DNA from: Alphaproteobacteria bacterium | Lineage (GTDB): Bacteria; Pseudomonadota; Alphaproteobacteria; VGEJ01 | DNA: 64,000 bases | Assembly: GCA_965248765.1 (NCBI GenBank) | Contig: CBDFKF010000003.1 | Span: 457,484 to 521,483, forward strand | Reading direction: 5' to 3' | In this document: in pieces, positions 8,924 through 18,315 of the stretch | Layout of the letters: every line of letters starts with the position of its first letter | Position numbering within the stretch: the stretch's first letter is position 1 | The notes under the pieces: generated by a model | The model's input: only the letters and a program-made list of their open reading frames with translations | The model's database searches: none | What the model was told of the DNA's origin: nothing | Made by a program: the position numbers and the translations under genes

Positions 8924-11680
8924 ATGCTGAGCATCGGCGGCCTTGCCTTCGCCAGCCCGTGGATCCTGCTCGGCCTTGGGCTGTTGTCGCTGCTGTGGTG
9001 GCTGTTGCGGGCGACGCCACCCGCGCCGCGCCAAATCCCGTTCCCGGCCACGCGGCTGCTCCTGGGCCTCAAGCCGACCGAGGAAACGCCGGCCCGTACG
9101 CCATGGTGGCTCCTGCTTCTGCGTCTTGTCATCGCCGCGCTTATCATCGTCGCGCTGGCGCGGCCGCTCTTGAACGCCGTGGGCGCGTTCGGCGGCAGTG
9201 GTCCGGTCGTTCTGGTCGTCGACGACGGCTGGGCCTCGGCACCGGATTGGGAGAAGCGGCGCGCCGCGCTGGCGACGCTCATCGACCGGGCTCGCCGCGC
9301 AGATCGTCCGGTCCGCCTGCTGACCACGGCCGTGCCGGTGAGCGGCGTTCCGGTCTCCGCGCCGCCGCTGATGACCGCGGACGAGGCCCAGGATGCGGTC
9401 CGGTCGCTGGCGCCAAAGCCCTGGCCGGTAAAGCGGGCGGCCGCGCTGGCCGCCGTCGAGGCGGCGGCCCTAAGCGGACCCGCGGATGTCGTGTGGATCG
9501 CCGATGGGCTGATGGGGCGCGACGACGATGCAGGGATCGTCGAGTTCGCGGCATCGCTACAGCGGATGGGCCCCGTGGCAATGATCAGCGACGAAGAGCC
9601 GGCCCTGGCGATGGCGCTGCTGCCACCGGAGAGCGATGGTAACGCGCTGCGCGTCAGCGCCTTGCGGGCAAGCGCCGCCGCCGAAGAGACGCGGTGGCTG
9701 CGGGCGACCGGCGAGGGCGGTGTCGTTCTCGGCCGCGAACCCTTGAAATTCGACGCCGGCGAGTCGAGCGCGGCGGCGCTCCTCGATCTACCGCGGGAGG
9801 TGCGCAATCGATTGACCCGGCTCGAGATCGAGGGCGAGCAAAGCGCCGGCGCGGTGGTGTTGATGGACGAGCGCTGGCGCCGTCGGCCGGTGGGTCTGGC
9901 TTCGGGCGAATCGGTCGAATCGGCGCAACCGCTTCTTTCTGATCTCTTTTATCTCGAACGCGCTCTCGAGCCATTCGGTGAAGCCTTCCGCGGCAGCCTC
10001 GCAGATCTCCTGACGCGGCAGCTCGCGATCATCATCCTCGCCGACATCGGCCAGATCGTCGGCCCTGGTCGCACCGCCCTCGAGGAGTGGGTACGTGACG
10101 GAGGTGTCTTCGTACGCTTTGCCGGACCGCGGCTCGCCGAGCGGGTCGATGACCTGGTGCCCGTCGCGCTGCGGAGCGGCGGCCGCCTGCTGGGCGGCGC
10201 GATGACCTGGCCTCAGGCCGCGAGCATCGCGCCGTTCGCGGCCGACAGCCCGTTCTTCGGCCTGTCAGTACCCCAGGACGTGCGGGTGGAACGCCAGGTG
10301 CTGGCGCAGCCCTCGCTAAATCTTGCCGACAAAACCTGGGCACGGCTCGAGGACGGGACACCGCTCGTCACCGCCGAACGGCGGGGCGCAGGCTGGATCG
10401 TCCTGTTCCACATCACCGCCAACACCGAGTGGTCGAACCTGCCGCTGAGCGGTCTGTTCGTCGACATGCTGCGGCGAGTGACGGACCTGAGCCGCGGCAT
10501 TGCCGGGCTGGGCGGCGATACACCGCTTCCACCGCTCCTAAGTCTCGATGGCTTCGGCCGGCTCGGAGCGCCGCCTCCGGGGGCGCGCGCGGTCGTCCCA
10601 ACTGCCATGGCCGTGAGCACGGTCGGGCCGACGTTGCCGCCCGGGTTCTACGGCACCGAGGAGGCCCGCCACGCGATCAATGTCGGCGCCGAGCTGACCG
10701 AGCTGCGGCCGATCGCGGCGCTCCCCCAAGGCGTCAAACGAGCCGGCTTCAGCGCGAGCCGGGAGGTCGACCTGATGCCATGGCTGCTGGCAGCGGCGGT
10801 CGTGCTGGGGCTGTTGGACCTTGTCGCCAGCTTCGCCCTGCGCGGCTATCTGCTACCGCGCCGCGGGCTCGCCGCGGGCATACTGCTGGCCGCGGTGCTC
10901 GCGCAGGAGCCGGTGTCCGCCGCCGAGTTCGAAGATCAGTTCGCCATCGAGGCGACCCGCGAGACGCGGTTTGCCTATGCGCTGACCGGCGACCGCGAGG
11001 TCGATGTGATGAGCGCCGCTGGGCTGCGCGGCCTCACGCGCTGGCTCGCCGAACGCACCGCCGTGGAGGCGGCGCCACCGATGGGCGTCAACGTCGAGAC
11101 CGACGAGCTCGTGTTCTTCCCACTTCTCTACTGGCCGATGATCCCCGAGCAGCGCCCGCTGTCAGGGTCGGCGTTGGCCAAGCTTGATGCCTACATGAAG
11201 AACGGCGGGCTGATTCTGTTCGATACCCGCGATCAAGGGGAGATCGGCGCGCTGCCGCAACGGCTGCGGAGCCGCCAGGGCGGCGTGGTCGGTGCCGGGA
11301 CCCAGAGCCTGCGACGCCTCTTGCGGCGACTGGATATTCCGCCGCTGATGCCGCTGCCGCCCGATCACGTGCTGACCAAGACGTTCTATCTGCTGGACGT
11401 GTTTCCGGGCCGCTGGGAGGGCGGCAAGGTCTGGATCGAGCGCGATCCGGCCAGCATCAACGATGGTGTCTCCTCGCTCGTCATCGGCGCCAACGACTGG
11501 GCCGCGGCATGGGCAGAGGATGCCTCCGGGCGGCCGCTGGCGGCGCTGGTGCCGGGTGGCGCGCGCCAGCGCGAGCTCGCCTTTCGCTTCGGCACCAACG
11601 TCGTCATGTACGCCCTGAGCGGGAACTACAAGGCCGATCAGGTGCACGTGCCGGCGATCCTCGAACGGCTCGGCCAGTAG
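8924..11680 (+). CDS. large membrane protein with BatA-like N-terminal double-transmembrane domain (~918 aa)
   Basis: N-terminus MLSIGGLAFASPWILLGLGLLSLLWWLLR...WWLLLLRLVIAALIIVALARP (two TM helices) then long soluble region; stop TAG 4 bp before next ORF. Confidence 0.7.
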   Translation: MLSIGGLAFASPWILLGLGLLSLLWWLLRATPPAPRQIPFPATRLLLGLKPTEETPARTPWWLLLLRLVIAALIIVALARPLLNAVGAFGGSGPVVLVVDDGWASAPDWEKRRAALATLIDRARRADRPVRLLTTAVPVSGVPVSAPPLMTADEAQDAVRSLAPKPWPVKRAAALAAVEAAALSGPADVVWIADGLMGRDDDAGIVEFAASLQRMGPVAMISDEEPALAMALLPPESDGNALRVSALRASAAAEETRWLRATGEGGVVLGREPLKFDAGESSAAALLDLPREVRNRLTRLEIEGEQSAGAVVLMDERWRRRPVGLASGESVESAQPLLSDLFYLERALEPFGEAFRGSLADLLTRQLAIIILADIGQIVGPGRTALEEWVRDGGVFVRFAGPRLAERVDDLVPVALRSGGRLLGGAMTWPQAASIAPFAADSPFFGLSVPQDVRVERQVLAQPSLNLADKTWARLEDGTPLVTAERRGAGWIVLFHITANTEWSNLPLSGLFVDMLRRVTDLSRGIAGLGGDTPLPPLLSLDGFGRLGAPPPGARAVVPTAMAVSTVGPTLPPGFYGTEEARHAINVGAELTELRPIAALPQGVKRAGFSASREVDLMPWLLAAAVVLGLLDLVASFALRGYLLPRRGLAAGILLAAVLAQEPVSAAEFEDQFAIEATRETRFAYALTGDREVDVMSAAGLRGLTRWLAERTAVEAAPPMGVNVETDELVFFPLLYWPMIPEQRPLSGSALAKLDAYMKNGGLILFDTRDQGEIGALPQRLRSRQGGVVGAGTQSLRRLLRRLDIPPLMPLPPDHVLTKTFYLLDVFPGRWEGGKVWIERDPASINDGVSSLVIGANDWAAAWAEDASGRPLAALVPGGARQRELAFRFGTNVVMYALSGNYKADQVHVPAILERLGQ

Positions 11681-11699
11681 ACGGCGCCGGGGAACCGCG

Positions 11700-13769
11700 T
11701 TGACGGCCGTTACGGATATCGCCTTCGCGCCAGCGCTGCCATGGCCGGTGATCGTGGTTCTCGCAGCAGCCGCGGCGCTCTTGCTGGGCTTCGGGCTTTG
11801 GCGCCGCGCCGGAGGCTTGGGATGGCGCGCGCTCGGCTTAGCGGCGCTGCTCCTCGCGCTCGCCAACCCGAGCCTGATCTCGGAGAAGCGCGAGCCCCTG
11901 AACGACGTCGCCGCGGTCATCGTCGATCGCTCCGCGAGCCAGCGGATCGGCGATCGCCTGGCCGACGCTGCCACAGCGGCTGAGCGACTCGAGGCGGCGT
12001 TGGCGGGATTGAGCGATCTCGAGGTGCGCATCGTCGAAGTCGGCGCCGAAGAGAGCGAGGGCGGCGACGGCACGCACCTGTTCGCCGCACGTGAGCGGAT
12101 CCTCGCCGATACCCCGCCTGAACGGGTCGCGGGCACAGTCTTCATCACCGATGGCCAGGTGCACGACGTGCCGCCGCAGGCCAAGGGGCACGGCGGGCCG
12201 GTCCACGTCCTGCTCACCGGCCAGCCCGGGGAACGCGACCGGCGCTTGATCGTCGAGACGGCGCCGCACTACGGCATGGTCGGCGGCACCCTCGGCCTGC
12301 GCGTCCGGGTAGACGACGGCACCGACGAACGCCGCACGGTGCGGCTCGGGCTGCGCCAGGACGGCGGCGAAGTGCGCAGCCACATGGTGCGCACCGGGAT
12401 CGTCACGACCGTGCCGTTCCGGCTGGACCACGGCGGCCCGACGGTGATCGAGCTTGAGGCAGCGCCAGCCGAGGCCGAGCTCACACTCGAGAACAACCGG
12501 GCCGCGATCATCGTCAACGGAATCCGCGATCGGCTTCGGGTGCTGCTGGTCTCGGGCGAGCCACACCCCGGCCAGCGGACTTGGCGAGCACTGCTCAAGG
12601 CCGATCCTTCGGTCGATCTGGTCCATTTCACGATTCTGCGGCCGCCCGAGAAACAGGATGGCACCCCTGTGCGCGATCTTTCGCTGATCGCGTTTCCGGT
12701 ACGCGAGCTGTTCGAGGTCAAGCTCAATGACTTCGACCTGATCATCTTCGACCGCTATCGCCGCCGCTGGCTGCTGCCGGGGCTCTATCTGCAGAACATC
12801 GCCGATTACGTGTATGGCGGCGGCGCCGTGCTGGACGCCGCGGGGCCCTCGTTCGCCTCATCTTTGAGCCTCTATCGAACGGCGCTTGGCCAGGTGCTGC
12901 CGAGCGCGCCGACCGGCGTGGTGATCGACGAGCCCTACCGGGCCGAGCTGACCGCCCATGGCTGGCGCCACCCGGTGACCGGCGAGCTTGCCGGCGCCGA
13001 ATCGGCTGACAGCGCCGATGGCACAAGCTGGGGGCGGTGGTTCCGTCTGATCGAGGCGCAGGCAAACGCTGGCACGGTGCTGATGTCTGGACCCGGTGCT
13101 CGGCCTCTGCTGGTGCTCGACCGCGTCGGCGAGGGACGGGTCGCCCAGCTCCTCTCGGACCATGGCTGGCTGTGGGCGCGCGGCTACGAAGGCGGCGGGC
13201 CGCAGGCGGAACTCCTGCGCCGGGTAGCTCATTGGCTGATGAAGGAGCCGGATCTCGAGGAGAACGACCTACGCGCTCACGCGGCCGGTCGACGTCTCGA
13301 GATCGTTCGCCGCAGCCTCGAGCCGGACGACAGCCCGGTCCGTGTCACCGCGCCGTCCGGCGGCGTCAGCGAGGTAACCCTGGAGGCCGATCGGGCGGGA
13401 CGCGCGGTCGCCACGGTCCGCGCCGAGGAGGCCGGGCTCTACCGTGTAGAGGACCGCCTCCACCACACCGTGGCCGCCGTCGGTGCAGTCAATCCGCTTG
13501 AATTCGCCGACGTACGCGCCAGCGCGGAGGTCCTGGCACCGATCGTCGAAGCGACCGGCGGCGCGGTGCACTGGCTACAGGACGGCGTGCCGAGTATCCG
13601 GCGCGTGCGCCCCGGCGTCGAGGCGGCAGGCTCGGGTTGGATCGGGCTGCGCGCGAACAGCGTCTACGTCGTGCGCGGGTTGCGCCAATATCCGCTCCTG
13701 CCGGCGGTGCTGGTGCTAGCGCTCGCCCTCGGCGGCCTGATGGCAGCGTGGTGGCGCGAGGGGCGCTAG
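11700..13769 (+). CDS. large membrane protein, second BatA-like/N-terminal double-TM protein of the MoxR cluster (~689 aa)
   Basis: TTG/GTG-type start; N-terminal TM pair (VIVVLAAAAALLLGFGLW..., LGLAALLLALANP) and C-terminal TM (LLPAVLVLALALGGLMAAWW). Confidence 0.65.
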   Translation: MTAVTDIAFAPALPWPVIVVLAAAAALLLGFGLWRRAGGLGWRALGLAALLLALANPSLISEKREPLNDVAAVIVDRSASQRIGDRLADAATAAERLEAALAGLSDLEVRIVEVGAEESEGGDGTHLFAARERILADTPPERVAGTVFITDGQVHDVPPQAKGHGGPVHVLLTGQPGERDRRLIVETAPHYGMVGGTLGLRVRVDDGTDERRTVRLGLRQDGGEVRSHMVRTGIVTTVPFRLDHGGPTVIELEAAPAEAELTLENNRAAIIVNGIRDRLRVLLVSGEPHPGQRTWRALLKADPSVDLVHFTILRPPEKQDGTPVRDLSLIAFPVRELFEVKLNDFDLIIFDRYRRRWLLPGLYLQNIADYVYGGGAVLDAAGPSFASSLSLYRTALGQVLPSAPTGVVIDEPYRAELTAHGWRHPVTGELAGAESADSADGTSWGRWFRLIEAQANAGTVLMSGPGARPLLVLDRVGEGRVAQLLSDHGWLWARGYEGGGPQAELLRRVAHWLMKEPDLEENDLRAHAAGRRLEIVRRSLEPDDSPVRVTAPSGGVSEVTLEADRAGRAVATVRAEEAGLYRVEDRLHHTVAAVGAVNPLEFADVRASAEVLAPIVEATGGAVHWLQDGVPSIRRVRPGVEAAGSGWIGLRANSVYVVRGLRQYPLLPAVLVLALALGGLMAAWWREGR

Positions 13770-14281
13770 GCATGACGAGATGCCACGCGGCCGGGCCCGA
13801 CCGCTGGCGCCACCGGGCCGGCGAGGCCACCGAGCGCACCCGGTTTCAGCTCCAGCACAAGAAAGCGCGCCGCATCGAGCGGAAACGGCAGGCGTAGCGG
13901 CCCCTCGACCGCGGTGAAGCCGAAACGGCCGAGAAAGCCGACATCGCCGATCGCCAGCACGACCGGCTCATCGCGCCGGCGCGCGGCCGCAAGGCCCTGT
14001 TTCATGAGAGCGCTGCCGATGCCGTGCCGTTGGCACTCTGGATCGGTCGCGACCGGCCCGAGCAGGAGGGTCGGCGTCTCGGCGATGCGAACGGCGTGAA
14101 AACGGATGGCGCCCCGCAGCTCCGTGCCGATCACGGCGACAAAGCCGAGCCCTTGGACCGGAGCGCCGCCGACACGCAGGCGATAGGACTCTCGACGATG
14201 ACGCTGGGGCCCGAAAGCGCGATCGTAGAGCGCCTCGATGGCAATGGCGTGGCCCGGGTTTTCCGACGCGATAGTGAACAT
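13766..14281 (-). CDS. GNAT family N-acetyltransferase
   Basis: ...QRHGIGSALMKQGLAAARRRDEPVVLAIGDVGFLGRFGF... acetyl-CoA binding motif A (Q/RxxGxG/A); convergent with previous gene sharing a CTAG stop. Confidence 0.7.
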   Translation of the reverse strand: MFTIASENPGHAIAIEALYDRAFGPQRHRRESYRLRVGGAPVQGLGFVAVIGTELRGAIRFHAVRIAETPTLLLGPVATDPECQRHGIGSALMKQGLAAARRRDEPVVLAIGDVGFLGRFGFTAVEGPLRLPFPLDAARFLVLELKPGALGGLAGPVAPAVGPGRVASRHA

Positions 14282-14525
14282 GGCTAACCTCCGATCCTTC
14301 AGGGACCAGGGGCGGCGGCCTCACCTGCCGGCTGGAGGTACCGATGTTCGAATTTCGTGGAAGAACTACCGGCTCAGGCGGTCAGACGCGCGCGCCCCGC
14401 ACGCGTGCGCGGAGCCGTCGTCGTCGGAGCCGGGTGCGTGTTGCGCCGGGCAGTCCATGGCCGCATCGAGCCGTCATGGCGGGAGCGATAGCACGCGTGT
14501 GCGGGCAGGACCATGTTTTGACGCC

Positions 14526-15446
14526 TCAGCGCGGGTCGGCGCCCGGCGTATCCCAATAAGGCGTCGGTGCGAACCGCTCGGCGAAGTAATCGAGGAAGGC
14601 GCGGACCTTCGGCGACAGGTGGCGGTTGTGGGGGTAGACCGCGTAGACCGAGCGCTCCGCTGATTCGAAGTCGGTAAGGATCGCACGCAGTCGGCCGCTC
14701 TGAATGTCCGCGCCAACGATGAAGCTCGGCAGGTGGCCAACGCCGAGGCCGACGATCAGCGCATCGCGGAGCGCTTCCCCGTTGTCGGCCTGGAAGTTGC
14801 CCCGCACTCGCGCCGCCGTCGGGCCGTCCGCCCCGTCGAAACGCCATTCGTCCTGGGTGGTCAAGAGGGTGTAGTTGAGGCAGTTGCGGTCGGTGAGGTC
14901 GGCGGGTGTCCGTGGCGTGCCGTGCGTGTCGAGGTAGGACGGCGCCGCACAGGCGATCACGCGGCACGGCGCGAGCTTGCGCGCGATCAGACTGGAATCG
15001 GCGAGCTTAGCGACGCGAATCGCGAGGTCGTAACCCTCCTCGATCACGTCGACAAAATGATCCGTCATGCGCATGTCGATAGCGAGCTCGGGATAGCGCG
15101 CAACGAAATCGGGAATGGCAGGCGCAATGTGCATCTAGCCGAAGCTCATGGGCACGTTGACCCTCAGCGTGCCGCGCGGCTCGGCATGAAGTCGGGTCAC
15201 CGCGAGCTCGGCTGCCTCGACCTCGGCGAGCGCGCGAGCGCAGTGCTCGTAGTACGCGGCACCCACCTCGGTCAGACTCAACCGCCGGGTGGTGCGATTC
15301 ATCAACCGCGCGCCGAGGCGATCCTCGAGGCGCTTGACATGCTTGCTGATCGCCGATTTGGACAGGCCGAGCCGTCGCGCGGCGCCGGAGAAGCTCCGCG
15401 CCTCGACCACCTCGCCGAAGACCGCCATGCCAGTGAGCCGGTCCAT
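14526..15446 (-). pseudogene. LysR-family transcriptional regulator interrupted by an in-frame TAG (reverse-strand codon at 15135-15137)
   Basis: Two same-frame ORFs: HTH part MDRLTGMAVFGEVVEARSFSGAARRLGLSKSAISKHVKRLEDRLG...LRVNVPMSFG then TAG, then MHIAPAIPDFVARYPELAIDMRMTD... (LysR substrate-binding domain); read directly from sequence. Confidence 0.6.
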
Positions 15447-15560
15447 GACCGGGACCGATTATGCAACTGGGTACCCACGATTGGTAGTCTCAGAGAAACA
15501 ATCCCAGTGCCGCCGCAAGCGACCGCCTCGGAATCGAGATGATTCGCGGATGCCGGCCGG

Positions 15561-15908
15561 CTAGCGCGCGGCGCTGATAACGATCTCGACCTTGAGGTCG
15601 GGAAAGGCCAGGCGCGATTCAGCGGTCGCGCGCGCCGGCGTGTTCTCGGGGTCGACCCAGGCATCCCAGGCCTCATTCATCTCGTCATAGTAGGCAATGT
15701 GGGAGAGCCAGATCTGAGCGGTCAGCAGCTTGGACTTGTCGCTGCCGACTCGGGCCAAGAGGCCGTCGATCTTCGCCAAGATCTGCGCGGTTTGGACTTT
15801 AGCCGAGGCCGCGCTGTCATTGGCCACCTGCCCAGCGAGAAAAACGTGATCGCCATGTACCACCATCTGGCTCATGCGGGGTCCGACGTCGTGTCGCTCA
15901 ATCGTCAT
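15561..15908 (-). CDS. RidA/YjgF/TdcF family protein (reactive intermediate deaminase-like)
   Basis: MTIERHDVGPRMSQMVVHGDHVFLAGQVA...; AGGAGG precedes ATG at 15908. Confidence 0.75.
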   Translation of the reverse strand: MTIERHDVGPRMSQMVVHGDHVFLAGQVANDSAASAKVQTAQILAKIDGLLARVGSDKSKLLTAQIWLSHIAYYDEMNEAWDAWVDPENTPARATAESRLAFPDLKVEIVISAAR

Positions 15909-16053
15909 CGCTCTGTAACCTCCTAGGGGATGAAAAGGGTAGTGATCATCGTGCGCCGAGTGCTCTGCCCGGGAGAGATATCTCCTTGAGCGTACCCCCG
16001 CCGACACCCGCGCAAGGAACCGCTGCGGCAAGATCATCGCGAAGTTGGGGCGC

Positions 16054-16326
16054 CTAAGCGGTGCGGCGCAACGCCGGCTGACGCAACAGCACGCTCTCGA
16101 CCAGCACGATGTTGCGCAACCGCGCCGCGAGATGATTGGCCTGGACGTCGCTCAACGCCGCCACAGAAACGTCGACACGTAGTCCGCCGCCGGCGACGGC
16201 TCGACCCTCGAAGCGGTACGGCACGAGACCGCGCAGCGCAAACAGCTCGAGAACACGCGGCATCACCTGCGGCTCGGCCTCAGCGCGTATGGTGAAGTCG
16301 GTGGTACTTCGGTCAGGTGTGGGCAT
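16054..16326 (-). CDS. small hypothetical protein, possibly ACT-like
   Basis: 90 codons MPTPDRSTTDFTIRAEAEPQVMPRVLELFALRGLVPYRFEG...; no strong family signature. Confidence 0.4.
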   Translation of the reverse strand: MPTPDRSTTDFTIRAEAEPQVMPRVLELFALRGLVPYRFEGRAVAGGGLRVDVSVAALSDVQANHLAARLRNIVLVESVLLRQPALRRTA

Positions 16327-16462
16327 GGCACACAGTCTCCTTCTTGCAAGCGCGGACGACAGCAACCCGGTCCCTCGGCAGGACCGGGCGACTAATTCGT
16401 GCGCTCGCTACGCGATGGAGCAACGTGTGCATGCGGCTAGATAACAGTGGCCCCGCCGGGCG

Positions 16463-17656
16463 TCAAGCAAAGGCGCGCCGGCGCTCGATAAGCAGAATAA
16501 GGAGCGTCAGGCAGGCGGCCACCATGAAGCCGGCGACGATCAGCGTGAGCGGGACTTGGGTACCGTCACGCAACAGCCCCACTGTCATGGTGGCGAGCGC
16601 CGCCATCGCCATCTGGGCGAAGCCCAACAGCGCCGAGGCGGTGCCGGCGATCTCGGGGAACGCGCTCAGCGCGCCCGCCGTGGCGTAGGGGAACACCAGC
16701 CCGATGCCGACGGCGACAACCATGATCGGACCAAGGATAACGACGGCATTGAAGACGCCTGAAAGCGCGAAGGCGGCCATGGCCACACCGCCGATCAGAG
16801 AGATAGCGGTTCCAGCGACCACTGCTGCGTCGATCCTGAGACGATGGGAGAAGCGCCCGGCCATCAGTGAGGAGAGCGCGTAGGCGCCGACGCCGAGCAG
16901 CGCGAACCAGCCGTAGACGGTTTCCGGGTAGCCGAGCATTTCAACGAAGATGAATGGCGATTCGGACATGTAGGCGAACAGTCCACCAAAGACGAAGCCC
17001 GAGTTCACTGTATAGCCGACGAACGCCGGCGACCGTATGAGGCGGAGGTAGCTTGATGCCATGCCGGCGAACGCCGAGGGCCTTACCCCGACAAAGCGAT
17101 TGGTCTCTGTCAGCGCGCGGAAACTCCACATCCCGATGGCAGTGCCGACCACGGCGATGAACAGGAAATTGGCGGGCCAGCCGAACCAGACGTGGAGATA
17201 GGCGCCGATCGCCGGCGCGAAGGCCGGCGAGACGCCGAGCACCAGACCGACATAGGCCATAACCCGAGCCGCCTCTTCGCCGTCGTAGAGATCGCGGATG
17301 ACGGCGCGGCCGACCACGGAGCCGGTGCAGGCGCCTATCGATTGCGCGAAGCGGGCGGCGATCAAGGCCTCGACCGATGGGGCCACAGCGCAGGCGATGC
17401 TCGCGAGCACATACAGACCGAGGCCGATCAACATCACCGGCCGCCGACCATAGCGGTCCGACAGCGGACCGAGGACGAGTTGGCTGATGGCAAAGCCGGC
17501 GAGATAGACGGTGAGCGTGAGCTGCAGAATTGCGGCGGTGGTGTCGAGCTCCACCGTCATCGCCGGCATCGAGGGCATGTAAATGCTGGTGGAAAGCTGA
17601 CCGATGGCGATCAGCGATGAGACCAGCGCGATGACGAGGCCGGGGCGGGATTCCAT
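16463..17656 (-). CDS. MFS transporter, Bcr/CflA drug-resistance subfamily
   Basis: 12-TM profile, LGPLSDRYGRRPVML motif after TM2, overall Bcr/CflA-like. Confidence 0.85.
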   Translation of the reverse strand: MESRPGLVIALVSSLIAIGQLSTSIYMPSMPAMTVELDTTAAILQLTLTVYLAGFAISQLVLGPLSDRYGRRPVMLIGLGLYVLASIACAVAPSVEALIAARFAQSIGACTGSVVGRAVIRDLYDGEEAARVMAYVGLVLGVSPAFAPAIGAYLHVWFGWPANFLFIAVVGTAIGMWSFRALTETNRFVGVRPSAFAGMASSYLRLIRSPAFVGYTVNSGFVFGGLFAYMSESPFIFVEMLGYPETVYGWFALLGVGAYALSSLMAGRFSHRLRIDAAVVAGTAISLIGGVAMAAFALSGVFNAVVILGPIMVVAVGIGLVFPYATAGALSAFPEIAGTASALLGFAQMAMAALATMTVGLLRDGTQVPLTLIVAGFMVAACLTLLILLIERRRAFA

Positions 17657-18189
17657 GGGAGACGATGGCGGTGGCAGGGCGGAACTTCGCCGGTTCTAGC
17701 TGCCCCGTAGCGCGAGGTCCATCCGCTCCCTTGCAGAAACCGTGACGGCGGTCCAGCGCGCCCGCGATATGAGGGCATGCTTCATGGTGGCAAGCATGGC
17801 CTCGGCACAGCCGGCCCGACGGTGCTGAGTTTATCGATCTCGGCCCTTGGGCGGCGGTATGGCTGTTGCCCGCCCGGCTCGGAACCGAGAACTGCGGCTA
17901 AGCCGCGTCCCGATCAGGAATTGGAGTCGGCTTCGGTAGGTGTACGGGGCTTCCGCGGCGCAGGAGCGGTGACCGGCTTCACCGGTAGAGTGGCAGGACG
18001 CCGCAGATCGGGGATTATCCATACGTCGGCTGTGACGGCCGGCGCGAACGTATCGATATCGTCGGAATGCCCAGGAAACATTGCTCATCCATCGTGGGTC
18101 AAACGAAGCTCACACCCTAACCGGACGCATTTGGGATTGCTGTCGCAGTTGTCACATCCCGGCCTGGGTTTCACGCCACCGCACGGACC

Positions 18190-18315
18190 GGCGGCGTCAT
18201 CCTATTCGGCACCCACCGACCAGGATCGAAGTATGCACAAACCGCTTCTTTACCTTCGCTCAAGTTTGCCTTATTTGTTGCGCCACAACATATTTTACGG
18301 TCGGAAAGGTCGAAA
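18190..18315 (+). promoter_or_regulatory. AT-richer leader/promoter region upstream of small ORF 18316..18621 (end of a ~660 bp non-coding stretch)
   Basis: Local composition drops well below window average (tttaccttcgctcaagtttgccttatttgttgcgccacaacatattttacgg); GGAAAGG precedes ATG. Confidence 0.35.

Noticed and set aside
8911-11607. Multiple long antisense or alternative-frame ORFs (e.g. 8911..9807 -, 8959..9642 +, 10429..11187 +, 11162..12217 -) inside the two large membrane-protein genes
   Set aside because: They are fully embedded in, or antisense to, the coherent 918-aa and 689-aa frames. Their composition is repetitive and Arg/Ala/Pro-rich, and they have no start or RBS context.
14526-15446. 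Reading the in-frame TAG codons (LysR, cyclase) as evidence of amber reassignment or suppression
   Set aside because: TAG is used as the ordinary stop of several well-defined genes in this window (GDSL paralog 2 and both large membrane proteins). Nonsense mutation or sequencing error is far more likely.
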